DNA of 64,000 nucleotides from a virus (Duplodnaviria > Caudoviricetes): positions 55,422 to 119,421 of the IMG/VR virus record IMGVR_UViG_2845860650_000005; one strand, given 5' to 3'. The notes below the pieces were generated by a model, which saw nothing but the letters and a program-made list of their open reading frames with translations, searched no databases and was not told the DNA's origin. The position numbers were made by a program, and so were the translations under genes. Of the stretch, positions 1 through 9,739 are shown in pieces (positions within the stretch are counted from its first letter, which is position 1; the number at the start of each line of letters is the position of its first letter).

Positions 1-2291
1 CCCAACTCTTTTAATTCACTATGCAAGCGATCGCACTCTTGTTGTAAATCTTCAATTGTTCGTTGTTGGCACTCAATTGATTGTTGTTTTTGGTTGCACT
101 TATTTTCTAAGTCTGTGTAAGAGTTTTGAAAACTAAGCATTTCGCCCCTAACTTGCTCAAGTGCCACCGCTAATTCATCCCTCTCTGATTTCACTTTTTC
201 GAGTTCTTCTTTGAGGGACTTTGCTTCAGCAAGACTATTTTTGTGTTCTACCTTAAGTCGCTCTATGATGTTTGTGCCAATGCTCTCGGATAATGTTTCT
301 AACTTGGTATCTATTAATTGTGCGATCGCATCTAACAACTTGTTAGATGTAGTTGCTGTTGATTTTTCTGGTAATTTCTCTTCTTTAGAGGCAGAATTGT
401 ACTTACGACGATTTGGGGTTTGCTCCACTGGTTCGTCAGGGCTAATTTCATAAGCACCGAAATTCTGGTCTTTGCAAGCTTTCACCCATCCTCGGCATTT
501 AGTCATTAACTGTTCTGAAAAAGTCGTGCAATAAAGCTTAGGGTTTGTTTTAGCCTGTTGGAATCCAGCAGCTAGCAACTTAGCGATGAAATCAACTGCA
601 TTTTTAGTGTCTGTTTTGCAATCTGGTGGCAGATGAATTTCAATACCCTTTTGCTTGGGATTTTCTCTAAGAATGAATGAAAACACAGAACTGTTTTTGA
701 ATTTGTCAGCAGGAATTACAGTGGCCATTTTAAATACCTCTAGTTTTTGGTTGAATTCTGGAGTGTTGAAAATTGATGTAATGGTTTGTTCGTCCTTGTA
801 AATCACCCATTCCGAACAAACGTTATATTCAGAATCAATGCAGATATGGCTAACAATTTCGCCATCTGGATTGACTAAAGTAACTAAACCTTCTATAAGT
901 TCGTGGGTGTAAATGGATTCACCAATCGCCTTAAGCCCGACCCAAGGGTAAATATCGAAGTAATCACCTTGTTCGTTATCCGATAAATGCCAGTTGTAGG
1001 CTCTTATTGCAGCTTCGTAAACATCATTGCCAGGGAAGGTATGCTTACGGTATCTATCTGGAGTGCGCTTGATATTGCGATCGCTCTTATCAACCGCAAA
1101 CCATTCGCCCTTGTTCTTGGTTTCCCAGACGGTAATGAACCCATCGGGGATGTAAAATTTGCACGACGAGTCATCAAGCTTTTTAAGCGTCCATAGATGC
1201 TGTTGTTCCATAAATAACGAGTTGAGTAACGTTTTGAACTCTCCCAAAACATCCTGATTTGGACGCGCCTTAAGAGCGACTGTTGTTGTCGGGTTCCCGT
1301 TCTTGCCCCGCAAGTTACTGCACACAGGTTCGCCAATTAAGTACTTGGGATTTTCCAAATACCAATTACTCAAATAAGCTGGTCTGCCGTCGTAACCAAC
1401 AATGCCAGGGAAGGCAGAAGTACGAAGGCAGAAGGCAGAAGGATGAGTTTCTTCCCTTCTGCCTTCTGCCCTCTGCCCTCTGCCTTCTTGAACCCGTCGC
1501 CGCAACAGAATTAAGTCGGTGGTGACTTCGGTTTCCCCAACGTGCGAACCACTGGGCAGTCGCACCGCTCCCAAGAATTCGCATTTACCATGCACCCATT
1601 CCCGAAACCTTATGTAATCAGGGGTGCGAGAATCTAGGGTGTTGGTGCTGGTAAGCAATGCTAGCAATCCCCCAGGTAGAAGATGTGCGATCGCAGTGAC
1701 AAAGAATTGAGCGTGAAGCCCAATTCTCAAGCACTTCCCGTCCAGCTTCATCGACTGAACGCCATTAGTAAAAGGGACGTTGCCGATTACCAGATTGAAT
1801 TTTTCAGGGTAAGACCATCTCAAAAAGTCCTTATGGTAAATCTGTGCTGTGGGATGGGCTAACTTAGCGATCGCAGCAGATAACTCATCTTTCTCGACTC
1901 CTACGTATTTGAAGAAACTGGGCATCTCCACAGCAAACCCACCCACGCCGCATCCAGGATCTAGAACTCTATCACCTGGGGTAAGGTGTGGCGTGAGGAC
2001 ATCCCACAAAACCTGCCGCACTTCGGGCGAAGTGTAGTGAGCGTTTTGCAACCCGACATTTTGTAGTGATGCCCACTCCTCCATGTTGAGGAATTCAAGA
2101 AGTTGGAGTTTGCCCAACCTCAACCATTCGGGTTTGTTTTTCTCTAAGAAAACGCCGCACTCTTTCAACACCCCACCACCGGGGAACTGCATTAAAATAG
2201 CCCTCTCGGAATCCGTGAGGGCTAGGGGTTTGGATTTAATGATTTTTATTGCCGCGATCGCATTTTCAAGATGCTGTTTCTTGCTGCACAT
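1..2291 (-). CDS. DarB/N12-class N6-adenine DNA methyltransferase with C-terminal coiled coil (runs off the left edge; absent from the ORF track)
   Basis: Manual translation from ATG 2291: NAHYTSPEV, VLDPGCGVGGF, GVEKD, VIGNVPF, GAVRLP, EVTTDLILLRR; frame open to position 1. Confidence 0.85.
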   Translation of the reverse strand, partial: MCSKKQHLENAIAAIKIIKSKPLALTDSERAILMQFPGGGVLKECGVFLEKNKPEWLRLGKLQLLEFLNMEEWASLQNVGLQNAHYTSPEVRQVLWDVLTPHLTPGDRVLDPGCGVGGFAVEMPSFFKYVGVEKDELSAAIAKLAHPTAQIYHKDFLRWSYPEKFNLVIGNVPFTNGVQSMKLDGKCLRIGLHAQFFVTAIAHLLPGGLLALLTSTNTLDSRTPDYIRFREWVHGKCEFLGAVRLPSGSHVGETEVTTDLILLRRRVQEGRGQRAEGRREETHPSAFCLRTSAFPGIVGYDGRPAYLSNWYLENPKYLIGEPVCSNLRGKNGNPTTTVALKARPNQDVLGEFKTLLNSLFMEQQHLWTLKKLDDSSCKFYIPDGFITVWETKNKGEWFAVDKSDRNIKRTPDRYRKHTFPGNDVYEAAIRAYNWHLSDNEQGDYFDIYPWVGLKAIGESIYTHELIEGLVTLVNPDGEIVSHICIDSEYNVCSEWVIYKDEQTITSIFNTPEFNQKLEVFKMATVIPADKFKNSSVFSFILRENPKQKGIEIHLPPDCKTDTKNAVDFIAKLLAAGFQQAKTNPKLYCTTFSEQLMTKCRGWVKACKDQNFGAYEISPDEPVEQTPNRRKYNSASKEEKLPEKSTATTSNKLLDAIAQLIDTKLETLSESIGTNIIERLKVEHKNSLAEAKSLKEELEKVKSERDELAVALEQVRGEMLSFQNSYTDLENKCNQKQQSIECQQRTIEDLQQECDRLHSELKEL
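1410..1489. repeat. AGGCAGA/TCTGCC(T/C) inverted heptamer mini-element, in frame inside the MTase
   Basis: (AGGCAGA)n...(TCTGCCY)n; encodes EGRGQRAEGRREETHPSAFCLRTSAF. Confidence 0.85.
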
Positions 2292-2613
2292 CACAATCTT
2301 TAATTACTGAAAAAGTCATGTTTGTTCTGTCAACGTCACAAACAAAGACAGGTAAAAACTGTTTTAGAATTGTAAATTCTGCATCGTTTAGAGGTCTGTG
2401 GTTTTCTACCCAGCAATTCAAACCCTCAAATTCAACCGAGCATAAAGCCTCTGACACTAAAACTGCTACTGTTGACAGTATTTCGGGATGGAATTCACTA
2501 TTTTCGGATGAATTCAATACCGCTATCCCATAAGTAAAAATGTCTGGACTAGATTCATTTTCTTCGAGAAAAACACATTCAGAACCTAATGCAACTTTAA
2601 CAAATAACTTCAT
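2266..2613 (-). CDS. hypothetical protein
   Basis: 115 aa, GAGGA RBS, operon packing. Confidence 0.65.
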   Translation of the reverse strand: MKLFVKVALGSECVFLEENESSPDIFTYGIAVLNSSENSEFHPEILSTVAVLVSEALCSVEFEGLNCWVENHRPLNDAEFTILKQFLPVFVCDVDRTNMTFSVIKDCDVQQETAS

Positions 2614-2624
2614 TTTGATTCCTC

Positions 2625-4265
2625 CTATTTTGCAAATAAATCTAACGTACCAATGTGTAACAGTTCTAAGTCCTTGTCATCTTGGCTAAATCCTTTAAGA
2701 GGAGCGCCAATCTTTAGGCGAAAATAGTTGAACATTAATTTAACATTGTGACGCTTTGATAACATACCTCCATTCTTGTCAATAACTCTGTTAAGCCAAT
2801 CAGGATTAGATTTATTCCAATCAACTTTTGATAGCTTATTCAATGCGTTTATCATTCCGTTGATATTTCCCGAAAGCCCAGCACCCTCTCTTAAATATTT
2901 GCCCAGTTCTCCTAATGCATGAATGGTCACGCCATGAGAAGCAATGGTTAATTCTCTGACTTCATCGGGAGTAGAATCTCCATCTAATACCTGTTGCCAA
3001 GGTGCGATCGCATCTATCAAACTTTCCCAAAAAGCCTGACAAAACTTGAAATCAAAATCTTCATTCTTTCCCGGTTTCATAAGCACTGTAGCATCATACA
3101 AATGCTTATAGATAAGCAATTTATCTGACTTTTTACCTAATGAACTTTTCTCTGTTTCTGCAAATTGTACAAATAGTGGAATGCTTGACAAGACGCTATT
3201 AGCAAATTCTCCTATTGGCGAATCGTTGTAGAACGTCGTCAAATTCTTGCTAACTGATTTTGCTTCTGAATTTACCTCCCTAAATATCTTCTTCCTTAAT
3301 TCCAGCGATGCATTAACAATCAAGTCCACCGAAATAAATTCAGCTTTGTACTTGATTCCATCGTCACTTTGCATTATCTGACGAATCGCCCAAGTGCGAT
3401 GCTGTCCGTCAATCAAACGGAACAATACAGTTAACGGCACTTCTAAAATGCCGTTGAATGCATCTTTTTTAAAAGGCGTAAATATGGCATTTTTATCTAT
3501 CTCTATAGATGCCACCATTGGGGGAAAGTAATAGTTTGGGTTACTAAGAATATAGTTTTTGATTTTCTTAGCATGGGAGGGATTAAGAGCGCGGTTCGCT
3601 CTTTGGCTTGCTGGCAAGTTCGGGTCTTCGTACATGAAAAACTGAGCGACAAACTGCCAAGGTACAGACGCCTGATAAATTACAAGTCCGTCGCTACGCA
3701 CTCGGCGTAAAACCGAAAGCGTGAGGTTTGATTCCATCATTAACTCCTTTGCTTTTTGAGTAGCTGTAACAACTCCTGTTGATTTGCGCTTTTTCTCCTG
3801 ATGTGGCGGAATATCTAAGCCCAGTTGTTCAATCAATGCATCAATTTTTTGAGTAGTTTTATCCCATACCTCAGTGGGGGTAAGATTTTGATGCAAGTCG
3901 TCAATTCGGATATCTCGGCTTAGAGAACAAATAGCTAAAGCCTTAATCCCGACTTGTATTGGGCGCTCGTGTACGGAAACCCAAAACTCTCGATAGCTGG
4001 CTTCTTTATGGGTTGTCTTGTCTATGGGCGAAGAATTAGCAGTTATTTGGGTTGGGCGGCTAATAAGTTCCAACTTAGAAGGTGAAAAATCAACTCCCAA
4101 ATCCCTGCCACGGTTGTTTTTTGGAGCTATACCAGTACGAAACATTACTCTAATTGAGTAATCTAAATTATCTGTGACGTGTCCGGTGATGCCAAAATAT
4201 TTGGAATTTCGGTCGATGACTTTGACCTTATCGTACATCTGAAATATTTCAGATTTCATGGACAA
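2625..4265 (-). CDS. DGQHR-domain / DndB-family protein with N-terminal KOW/SH3-like extension
   Basis: RANRALN, YYFPPM, LIDGQHR, FREVN, SHGVTIHALG, LSKVDWNKSNPDW. Confidence 0.85.
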   Translation of the reverse strand: MSMKSEIFQMYDKVKVIDRNSKYFGITGHVTDNLDYSIRVMFRTGIAPKNNRGRDLGVDFSPSKLELISRPTQITANSSPIDKTTHKEASYREFWVSVHERPIQVGIKALAICSLSRDIRIDDLHQNLTPTEVWDKTTQKIDALIEQLGLDIPPHQEKKRKSTGVVTATQKAKELMMESNLTLSVLRRVRSDGLVIYQASVPWQFVAQFFMYEDPNLPASQRANRALNPSHAKKIKNYILSNPNYYFPPMVASIEIDKNAIFTPFKKDAFNGILEVPLTVLFRLIDGQHRTWAIRQIMQSDDGIKYKAEFISVDLIVNASLELRKKIFREVNSEAKSVSKNLTTFYNDSPIGEFANSVLSSIPLFVQFAETEKSSLGKKSDKLLIYKHLYDATVLMKPGKNEDFDFKFCQAFWESLIDAIAPWQQVLDGDSTPDEVRELTIASHGVTIHALGELGKYLREGAGLSGNINGMINALNKLSKVDWNKSNPDWLNRVIDKNGGMLSKRHNVKLMFNYFRLKIGAPLKGFSQDDKDLELLHIGTLDLFAK

Positions 4266-4279
4266 AATACCCTAAAATT

Positions 4280-4456
4280 TCAAAAATCATCGATGTGTTT
4301 TTTGGATATTAAAGACTTCTCGTTCGGTAAATTGCAAGATAGCCATAACCATCCTTCTTTTTCTTGAGGATTTGATTTACTTTCTCCGTACCAAATCCAA
4401 AGTAGGCATTCAGTAGATGGATACTCGTTGATATAAAACCAGTGATAATTTTTCAT
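4280..4456 (-). CDS. small hypothetical protein
   Basis: GGAGG RBS before ATG 4456. Confidence 0.5.
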   Translation of the reverse strand: MKNYHWFYINEYPSTECLLWIWYGESKSNPQEKEGWLWLSCNLPNEKSLISKKHIDDF

Positions 4457-4544
4457 TTTCCTCCAATAAAAAATACCTAGCAAAACCGCTAGGTATTAAA
4501 TTTGTTCAGTTGAAAAAGGCGATCGCCTTGTAGAGAATCATCAA

Positions 4545-4567
4545 GCGATGCTTTGCAGGAGCATCGC
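4545..4567. repeat. HIP1 split by a 15-nt hairpin insertion (SDR-like)
   Basis: GCGAT-GCTTTGCAGGAGCAT-CGC. Confidence 0.6.
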
Positions 4568-4575
4568 TTTTTAAT

Positions 4576-5089
4576 TTACTGATTTTGCAACTTCTGAATT
4601 ACGTACTTGGCCGCGAATTCGGCATTGTCATTGAGTAGTCGTTGCCAAGCTTCTTCTTCTGAGGAGCGATCGCACTTCTTTATCTGGTTTCTCATCAAAC
4701 ACCAACTGCAACCTATCAAAGTCTTTGTTGCGAACCAGTTTGAGTCCTAGTTCTGGGTATTCCTCTTCAGAATCAGCTTTCTCTAAGAAAGTCTCTCTTT
4801 GTTGTAACTCCTCAATCCGTTTTTTAACGCGGCGAATCTCTGCGTTGTTGTTTTGCAATCTAAAATCAGCAAACCCAACACGTTGGGCAAAGTCAGGAAC
4901 CAAAATCTTACGAGCTACATTTTCCGATATCCCAAGCTTGATTATCTCCTCAACTTTTTGGCCATCAGTTAAATTTTTGCGGATAATCTTGTTAGCATCC
5001 TTCATTTGTTGTTGAAACTTTTTTAACTGTTCTAGCTTAGCTTGCAATTGTGCGATCGCGTCAGAGTCAGTGCTTCTAATAGCGGTCAT
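4576..5089 (-). pseudogene. DUF3560-like protein, frameshifted near the 3' end
   Basis: LQNNNAEIRR, RLQLVFDEKPD; the typical tail AWQRLLNDNA lies in another frame ending at 4576. Confidence 0.6.
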
Positions 5090-5128
5090 AATCCGTACCT
5101 AAAACGACATCGTGACAACTTTTGGTCA

Positions 5129-5168
5129 CAAAAAAGGACTGAGAAATAATTACTTCTCAGTCCTTTTG
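5129..5168 (-). terminator. intrinsic terminator-like hairpin
   Basis: AAAAGGACTGAGAA...TTCTCAGTCCTTTT with T-tract on the minus strand. Confidence 0.6.
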
Positions 5169-5182
5169 AATAACCATAAGTT

Positions 5183-5527
5183 TTAACTACAAGTCCAAAT
5201 GTTTTTGGGATCAAAAACCTTGTTTGGGTGATATTCTTTAGCTAGCAATATAGCTGTTTCCTTGTTGTAGGCGGATACATACTCATGCTTGCTTCCATCT
5301 AGCGTATCCACAAGAAAAACTTTAATCTTGTTGTATCCAGTGCATCGCCAAAACAGCTGTTCTTTCACTACATATTCAATATCTTCAGCTATTTGCTCGA
5401 AGTGTTTAACAGCAGTATTTACACGTTTGTAATACTTCCTGTACAAAGGATATCCCAACATAGTTACTTCAACCGAAGTATTGTCTAGACTGACTTCGTA
5501 AAAGCCAATTGTCTTTTTGTTATCCAT
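5183..5527 (-). CDS. hypothetical protein
   Basis: 114 aa, abuts upstream gene. Confidence 0.6.
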   Translation of the reverse strand: MDNKKTIGFYEVSLDNTSVEVTMLGYPLYRKYYKRVNTAVKHFEQIAEDIEYVVKEQLFWRCTGYNKIKVFLVDTLDGSKHEYVSAYNKETAILLAKEYHPNKVFDPKNIWTCS

Positions 5528-5812
5528 TTACACACGCTCCCTAAAATACTTGCCTTCTGTCGTAAATAGCAATTCAAACACCAACAAATAGATAGAAAAG
5601 TTATAGACATTGTTGTCTCTAAAGCTAGGACTAAAATCAAGTTTTTGGTATCCACGCCAATGAAGGTAATGTAGAATAGGTTTCCCCGGCAATCTCCATT
5701 CAAATGTTAGAAATCGCATGTGATGATATTGGATAGTAAACCTAATTAAATAGGATTTAAAGAATATATTCCAACACCAACTCTTACAACTTTTCTGTTT
5801 GATAACTTCCAT
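5528..5812 (-). CDS. hypothetical protein
   Basis: 94 aa, tight packing. Confidence 0.5.
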   Translation of the reverse strand: MEVIKQKSCKSWCWNIFFKSYLIRFTIQYHHMRFLTFEWRLPGKPILHYLHWRGYQKLDFSPSFRDNNVYNFSIYLLVFELLFTTEGKYFRERV

Positions 5813-5814
5813 GT

Positions 5815-6324
5815 TTACCTCAAAACAATTATGTGACCTGAACCAATATCAATCACTCTCCCATTAGGGCATTGAGATTGTACGTAGCTGATAAATTCTT
5901 TGCGCGTATAGTACTTTTGGAAAGTACCAATGCTGGTAATTCCAGACTCTTTTTTATCGGTACGTACTGCTACTACTAGTGCTTTCGTACATAGAGAAAA
6001 TGCAAGCTGTAAAGTGCGATCGCGGTCTTTATCACACTCTATTACATTCAACACATACAACAAACTAGTTATTGGATAGCACTTATCCAATAACTCAAAC
6101 TTAGGTCTGTAATACGGGTCAAAACCAATGGCGTCGTAATGTCCTGGCAATCGTTCTACATCTTCACCATGACCGCACCCAATATCAAGCCAGTTGCCAG
6201 CGGTGGGGAGTTTCCCTGATTCCAAAGCATTTCGCATTGGCAAGGATAGCTTGGGTCTTCTGATTGCTGTTTTCCAGCGTGGTGTACCCCAATTTTTTGG
6301 GTCTAAAAATTCTCGGTTGTTCAT
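5815..6324 (-). CDS. SAM-dependent methyltransferase, single-domain homolog of the DNA-phosphorothioation-associated MTase
   Basis: TAIRR..LS.PMR.AL, LDIGCGHGEDV, GFDPYYRP, YVLNVIE, GITSIGTFQKYY. Confidence 0.8.
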   Translation of the reverse strand: MNNREFLDPKNWGTPRWKTAIRRPKLSLPMRNALESGKLPTAGNWLDIGCGHGEDVERLPGHYDAIGFDPYYRPKFELLDKCYPITSLLYVLNVIECDKDRDRTLQLAFSLCTKALVVAVRTDKKESGITSIGTFQKYYTRKEFISYVQSQCPNGRVIDIGSGHIIVLR

Positions 6325-6338
6325 AATTTTTTAGGCAT

Positions 6339-6371
6339 GAAAAAAGCGATCGCGTTTAAGTGCGATCGCTT
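6339..6371 (-). terminator. terminator-like hairpin built from two HIP1 sites
   Basis: AAAAAAGCGATCGC-GTTTAAGT-GCGATCGCTT. Confidence 0.5.
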
Positions 6372-6393
6372 GGTTGAGTTTTAGATGGTCGTG

Positions 6394-6585
6394 CTAGCCC
6401 AATCCTTGATAGCCTTCGTGGCGTCTTGTAGCGTCAACCGCTTGGACTATAGTCGTCCAGTTGTCGGCATCTTCTGGTGAGTCATCTTTGCGTTGATAGT
6501 ATTCGTTACTCTTGTAGTTATATTCAACTTGATGCCTGTTAACGGCTACCTCTTGTCCGTTTGGCAATGAAACTTTGACTTCCAT
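6394..6585 (-). CDS. hypothetical protein
   Basis: AGGAG RBS before ATG 6585. Confidence 0.6.
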   Translation of the reverse strand: MEVKVSLPNGQEVAVNRHQVEYNYKSNEYYQRKDDSPEDADNWTTIVQAVDATRRHEGYQGLG

Positions 6586-6641
6586 GTTGTTCTCCTTTGT
6601 TTTGATTAATTTGATTTTTATGGGGCAACCAAAAAATGACA

Positions 6642-7383
6642 ACCCCATTCATGCGAATGACGAATAATCAAGAATTATTTTTTCCAAAATCCCTTTGAGC
6701 CATCCCCATAAACTGGCTCTTTGCCAGGAATAATCATCGCTTGAGTTCGGTTGTGCCTACAAACCAGGATTTAACTGATTAGGCATTTTCGCTACTGGGA
6801 GTAGAGGAATTTTGTCTCCAAAATGAACCATTAATTTTGCCAACAACAAATAGGTAACATCGATTAATCCTCCCTCGTGCAGAGAGAAGTATTTTTGCTC
6901 CACCATCCAATTAAAAGATCTTGAATTCTGCACCAAAGAACCATCTTGATCGAGATCTAATGTCGAGTAAGCAGGTAACCCCTGTTGGTAATTTGCCGCG
7001 ATCGCATAGATCGTCTGGAAAGTCAGCACTTCTTTTTCGTAAGCATGTGTTGTACCCCGGAACAATCCTAGATAGGTACTTTTATCTTGTTCTGCCAGCC
7101 AACAAATAAATTTGTAGGCTGAATTTTCACCAGCTTGAATGAGAAAAACTTCTGGCTGTTGGTTTGAGTTAGACACGATTGCCCTCGCGATAATTTTTGT
7201 CAATACCTAAATAATCCATCAACTGGCGATCGCTAATTAAAGTTCACCCCATTTCATGCGAATGACGAATAATCGAGAATTATTTTTTCCAAAATCCCTT
7301 TGAGCCATCCCCATAATTGGCTTAGTTTAGTTGCGCGACCAACTAAGATAGAAATCCCCGTAAACTGGCTCTTTGCCAGGAAT
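6642..7383. repeat. direct repeat pair 6642-6731 / 7246-7383 (left copy internally deleted)
   Basis: shared CATGCGAATGACGAATAATC...GAGCCATCCCCATAA and ACTGGCTCTTTGCCAGGAAT. Confidence 0.85.
6757..7203 (-). CDS. hypothetical protein
   Basis: 148-aa ORF. Confidence 0.6.
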   Translation of the reverse strand: MTKIIARAIVSNSNQQPEVFLIQAGENSAYKFICWLAEQDKSTYLGLFRGTTHAYEKEVLTFQTIYAIAANYQQGLPAYSTLDLDQDGSLVQNSRSFNWMVEQKYFSLHEGGLIDVTYLLLAKLMVHFGDKIPLLPVAKMPNQLNPGL

Positions 7384-8103
7384 CCAGTAGCGCCCATTGG
7401 CTTCTCCTGGGGTAACAACGATGCGCTCCATATTGAGGAACACAGCAAATACTACCCGCTTACGGTCATCGTAGGAAAGTTGTTTCTTCTTGTATGACGA
7501 CAAGTCTCTCCCTAAAATTTCGTTGGGGAGAAGCACTTCCCCCCACTTGTAGGAATGGGGGGAAGGGGTTTTAAACTCGCCTATTCTCCCAAACTTATTG
7601 GGTAGGCACAAAAGCAATCGCTTGACGACTTCAAACAAATCATCAAAATTGGTAAAAGTTAATTCTTTATCAAAGATTGCCTTAACAACAATCTCTGCCT
7701 CTTGTCTCAGGGGTTGTGTTTGGGGTAGGCGACGACACTGGAATTTTTCCAGATAACTCTTGACTCCCTGATAAGACATTGTTTTTACTTCATCAACGGT
7801 CAGAGGTTGATGAAAATATCTGACCTCATAATTGAGGTACTCATCACATGCAGTAAACTCCTGCCCAATATATGTGATTCGGGCAAAGAACCCAGCCGAT
7901 TCTTGATGCTGGGTTATTTTTACTACCTGCCCTTTGCAGGTGTAATCGATTGTAAATCTATTAAAGCAATCCGGATCATCTGATTGCTTGATTGTAATAT
8001 CACTTTTTTCTACTACCAAGGCAGATTTTTCTATTGGCGCTTCCATCAACTTTTTGAGCGCCTCTTGTGGGGTAATTTCAATTTTTTTGATAGGTTCTAA
8101 CAT
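7327..8103 (-). CDS. hypothetical protein (possibly prematurely stopped)
   Basis: GAGGA RBS before ATG 8103; frame reopens after the TAA to 7237. Confidence 0.65.
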   Translation of the reverse strand: MLEPIKKIEITPQEALKKLMEAPIEKSALVVEKSDITIKQSDDPDCFNRFTIDYTCKGQVVKITQHQESAGFFARITYIGQEFTACDEYLNYEVRYFHQPLTVDEVKTMSYQGVKSYLEKFQCRRLPQTQPLRQEAEIVVKAIFDKELTFTNFDDLFEVVKRLLLCLPNKFGRIGEFKTPSPHSYKWGEVLLPNEILGRDLSSYKKKQLSYDDRKRVVFAVFLNMERIVVTPGEANGRYWIPGKEPVYGDFYLSWSRN

Positions 8104-8202
8104 GATGTCTTTTCCTCTGCTTGTACTTGGTGTGGCAACAGATCCAACTGTGCTACCACGTCTCTGTAATCTTGAGCGATCAATCAACAACGATCGCACA
8201 AA

Positions 8203-8391
8203 TTAACTTCGTTCTTTCTTGTACTTGAGAAGTGCGATCGCTTCTCGAAGGACAGCCGCTTGATTGGGCTGTGCTTCAAGCCATTCCCATAGTTCCGCTT
8301 CCATTGCCCAAGCTTTACGCCCTTTGACAATAGGAAGCGAACTTACTGGGGAATAACCCTTTGGGCGACCACGCCCACGGTTTTTGGTCAT
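8203..8391 (-). CDS. small DNA-binding protein (AT-hook + RHH-like)
   Basis: GRGRGRPKG; LWEWLEAQPNQAAVLREAI. Confidence 0.6.
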   Translation of the reverse strand: MTKNRGRGRPKGYSPVSSLPIVKGRKAWAMEAELWEWLEAQPNQAAVLREAIALLKYKKERS

Positions 8392-8512
8392 ACGCTTAGT
8401 AATATCCGTTAGAGGCAATAAATTCGTTATATGCAGAGATAAAAACAAGTTCTCCGCAAAGCGATCGCACTTAATTCGATGAAGCAGCATCATGCTTGGC
8501 GATCGCGCTATT

Positions 8513-8743
8513 TCAACCCAAACCTAAACTAATTGCAATGCCTTCAATAATTCCTGACGCTTGTTCCATCAACAAAAAATTACGGGTGAATCCAGCACAC
8601 CCTCCCCAGTTCACAACTTCATCAGAAATACTTGCATTGATTTGCCACCAATCATCTTTCTGCAAAAGCTCTATGCTTATGCCATTATCGTTTAGGCGCT
8701 GAATATGTGTTTTTGTCTGTAATGAAATAGATTCCGTTTTCAT
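8513..8743 (-). CDS. hypothetical protein
   Basis: AAGGAG RBS. Confidence 0.6.
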   Translation of the reverse strand: MKTESISLQTKTHIQRLNDNGISIELLQKDDWWQINASISDEVVNWGGCAGFTRNFLLMEQASGIIEGIAISLGLG

Positions 8744-8768
8744 TTTTTCTCCTTATGATTTATTTGGT

Positions 8769-9455
8769 TCATGATTTAAGGGTATACCTTTTATTTAAGA
8801 ATGTCAATACATTATTTTCCCTCCAAGTAACCCAAGTAATTGCTTGTAGCTGGTTGGGCAACAGATCCAACTGTGCTGCCACATCTCTGTAATCCTGTGC
8901 GATCGCATCGTATTTTTCGGGCGATCGCATGAAATTTAGCAGTTGCCTTTCCCCTAACTTTTCACCCGCCCAAACACTAAGGGCATGGCGATCTATGCAA
9001 ACATCGTGACTGTTTGTAGGGTCGTGCAACAGGCTAAAAAATGCCCGTACTTTGTTGCCTTTTAGGGCTTCTAGTGATGGTTCCCCTGCCAAGATCCGCC
9101 AAGACTTAATCATGTTTGCCCTGCCATAAGACCCAATAAACGGGGCATCTGTGGCAGTGCAACCCATCTTGAAATAATTGAGGCATTTCTCGGCTTCATA
9201 GATGTTCTTCTCCCAGCTACAACCGGGAGACAATGCAGCTATGACGCCACATACCCTTTCTGTAGCAATACCGTAGATATCGCCTAAATCATCGGCAATT
9301 GCATGGGCATCTACATACCAATTTTTCCCCTTTCGCATCTGGATAGGGGAAGCGGTATAATACACCGCTAGAATATTCCTTTTTCCTATTTCCATTGATT
9401 TAATAAGGATACTGAAAACTACTTTCTTCGGACTCAATCGTGCGATATCGGTCAT
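8769..9455 (-). CDS. phage HhH-type DNA glycosylase-like protein (DUF7178-like)
   Basis: WY, IAALSP, GNKVRAFF, VCIDRHA, QLQAITW. Confidence 0.7.
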   Translation of the reverse strand: MTDIARLSPKKVVFSILIKSMEIGKRNILAVYYTASPIQMRKGKNWYVDAHAIADDLGDIYGIATERVCGVIAALSPGCSWEKNIYEAEKCLNYFKMGCTATDAPFIGSYGRANMIKSWRILAGEPSLEALKGNKVRAFFSLLHDPTNSHDVCIDRHALSVWAGEKLGERQLLNFMRSPEKYDAIAQDYRDVAAQLDLLPNQLQAITWVTWRENNVLTFLNKRYTLKS

Positions 9456-9666
9456 TCACCACATCGACTTTTACCCGCCAATGTGGGCAATAACCAGGAA
9501 CATAGTATGTGAAGATGACTTTCCCCATCCCAGAAAAATTGGGAGTATTGACAACAACTAAGTCACCTGATTGAGATTTGGATTTTGTTGGCGCGTCTCT
9601 GTTTATCTGCAATTGCCGCTGATGCGCTTGTTCTAGTTCTTCCGTCACATCTATGAATTGAAACAT
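9400..9666 (-). CDS. hypothetical protein
   Basis: 88 aa, in operon. Confidence 0.5.
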   Translation of the reverse strand: MFQFIDVTEELEQAHQRQLQINRDAPTKSKSQSGDLVVVNTPNFSGMGKVIFTYYVPGYCPHWRVKVDVVNDRYRTIESEESSFQYPY

Positions 9667-9739
9667 TTTGGTTAACTACGCGGGAATTCAGTTACCGCGT
9701 TGATGACCAAAATCCCCAGGAAAACTGGGGAAATAACAA

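Noticed and set aside
211-2533. Short ORFs listed in the track
   Set aside because: Shadows of the long minus-strand MTase frame, which the track missed because it runs off the edge
5100-5130. Possible CAST right end (GTGACAACTTTTGGTCAC)
   Set aside because: Single weak site, no terminal TGT/ACA geometry or matching target duplication
2625-6324. Complete Dnd phosphorothioation system
   Set aside because: No DndA/C/D/E or Ssp motifs found
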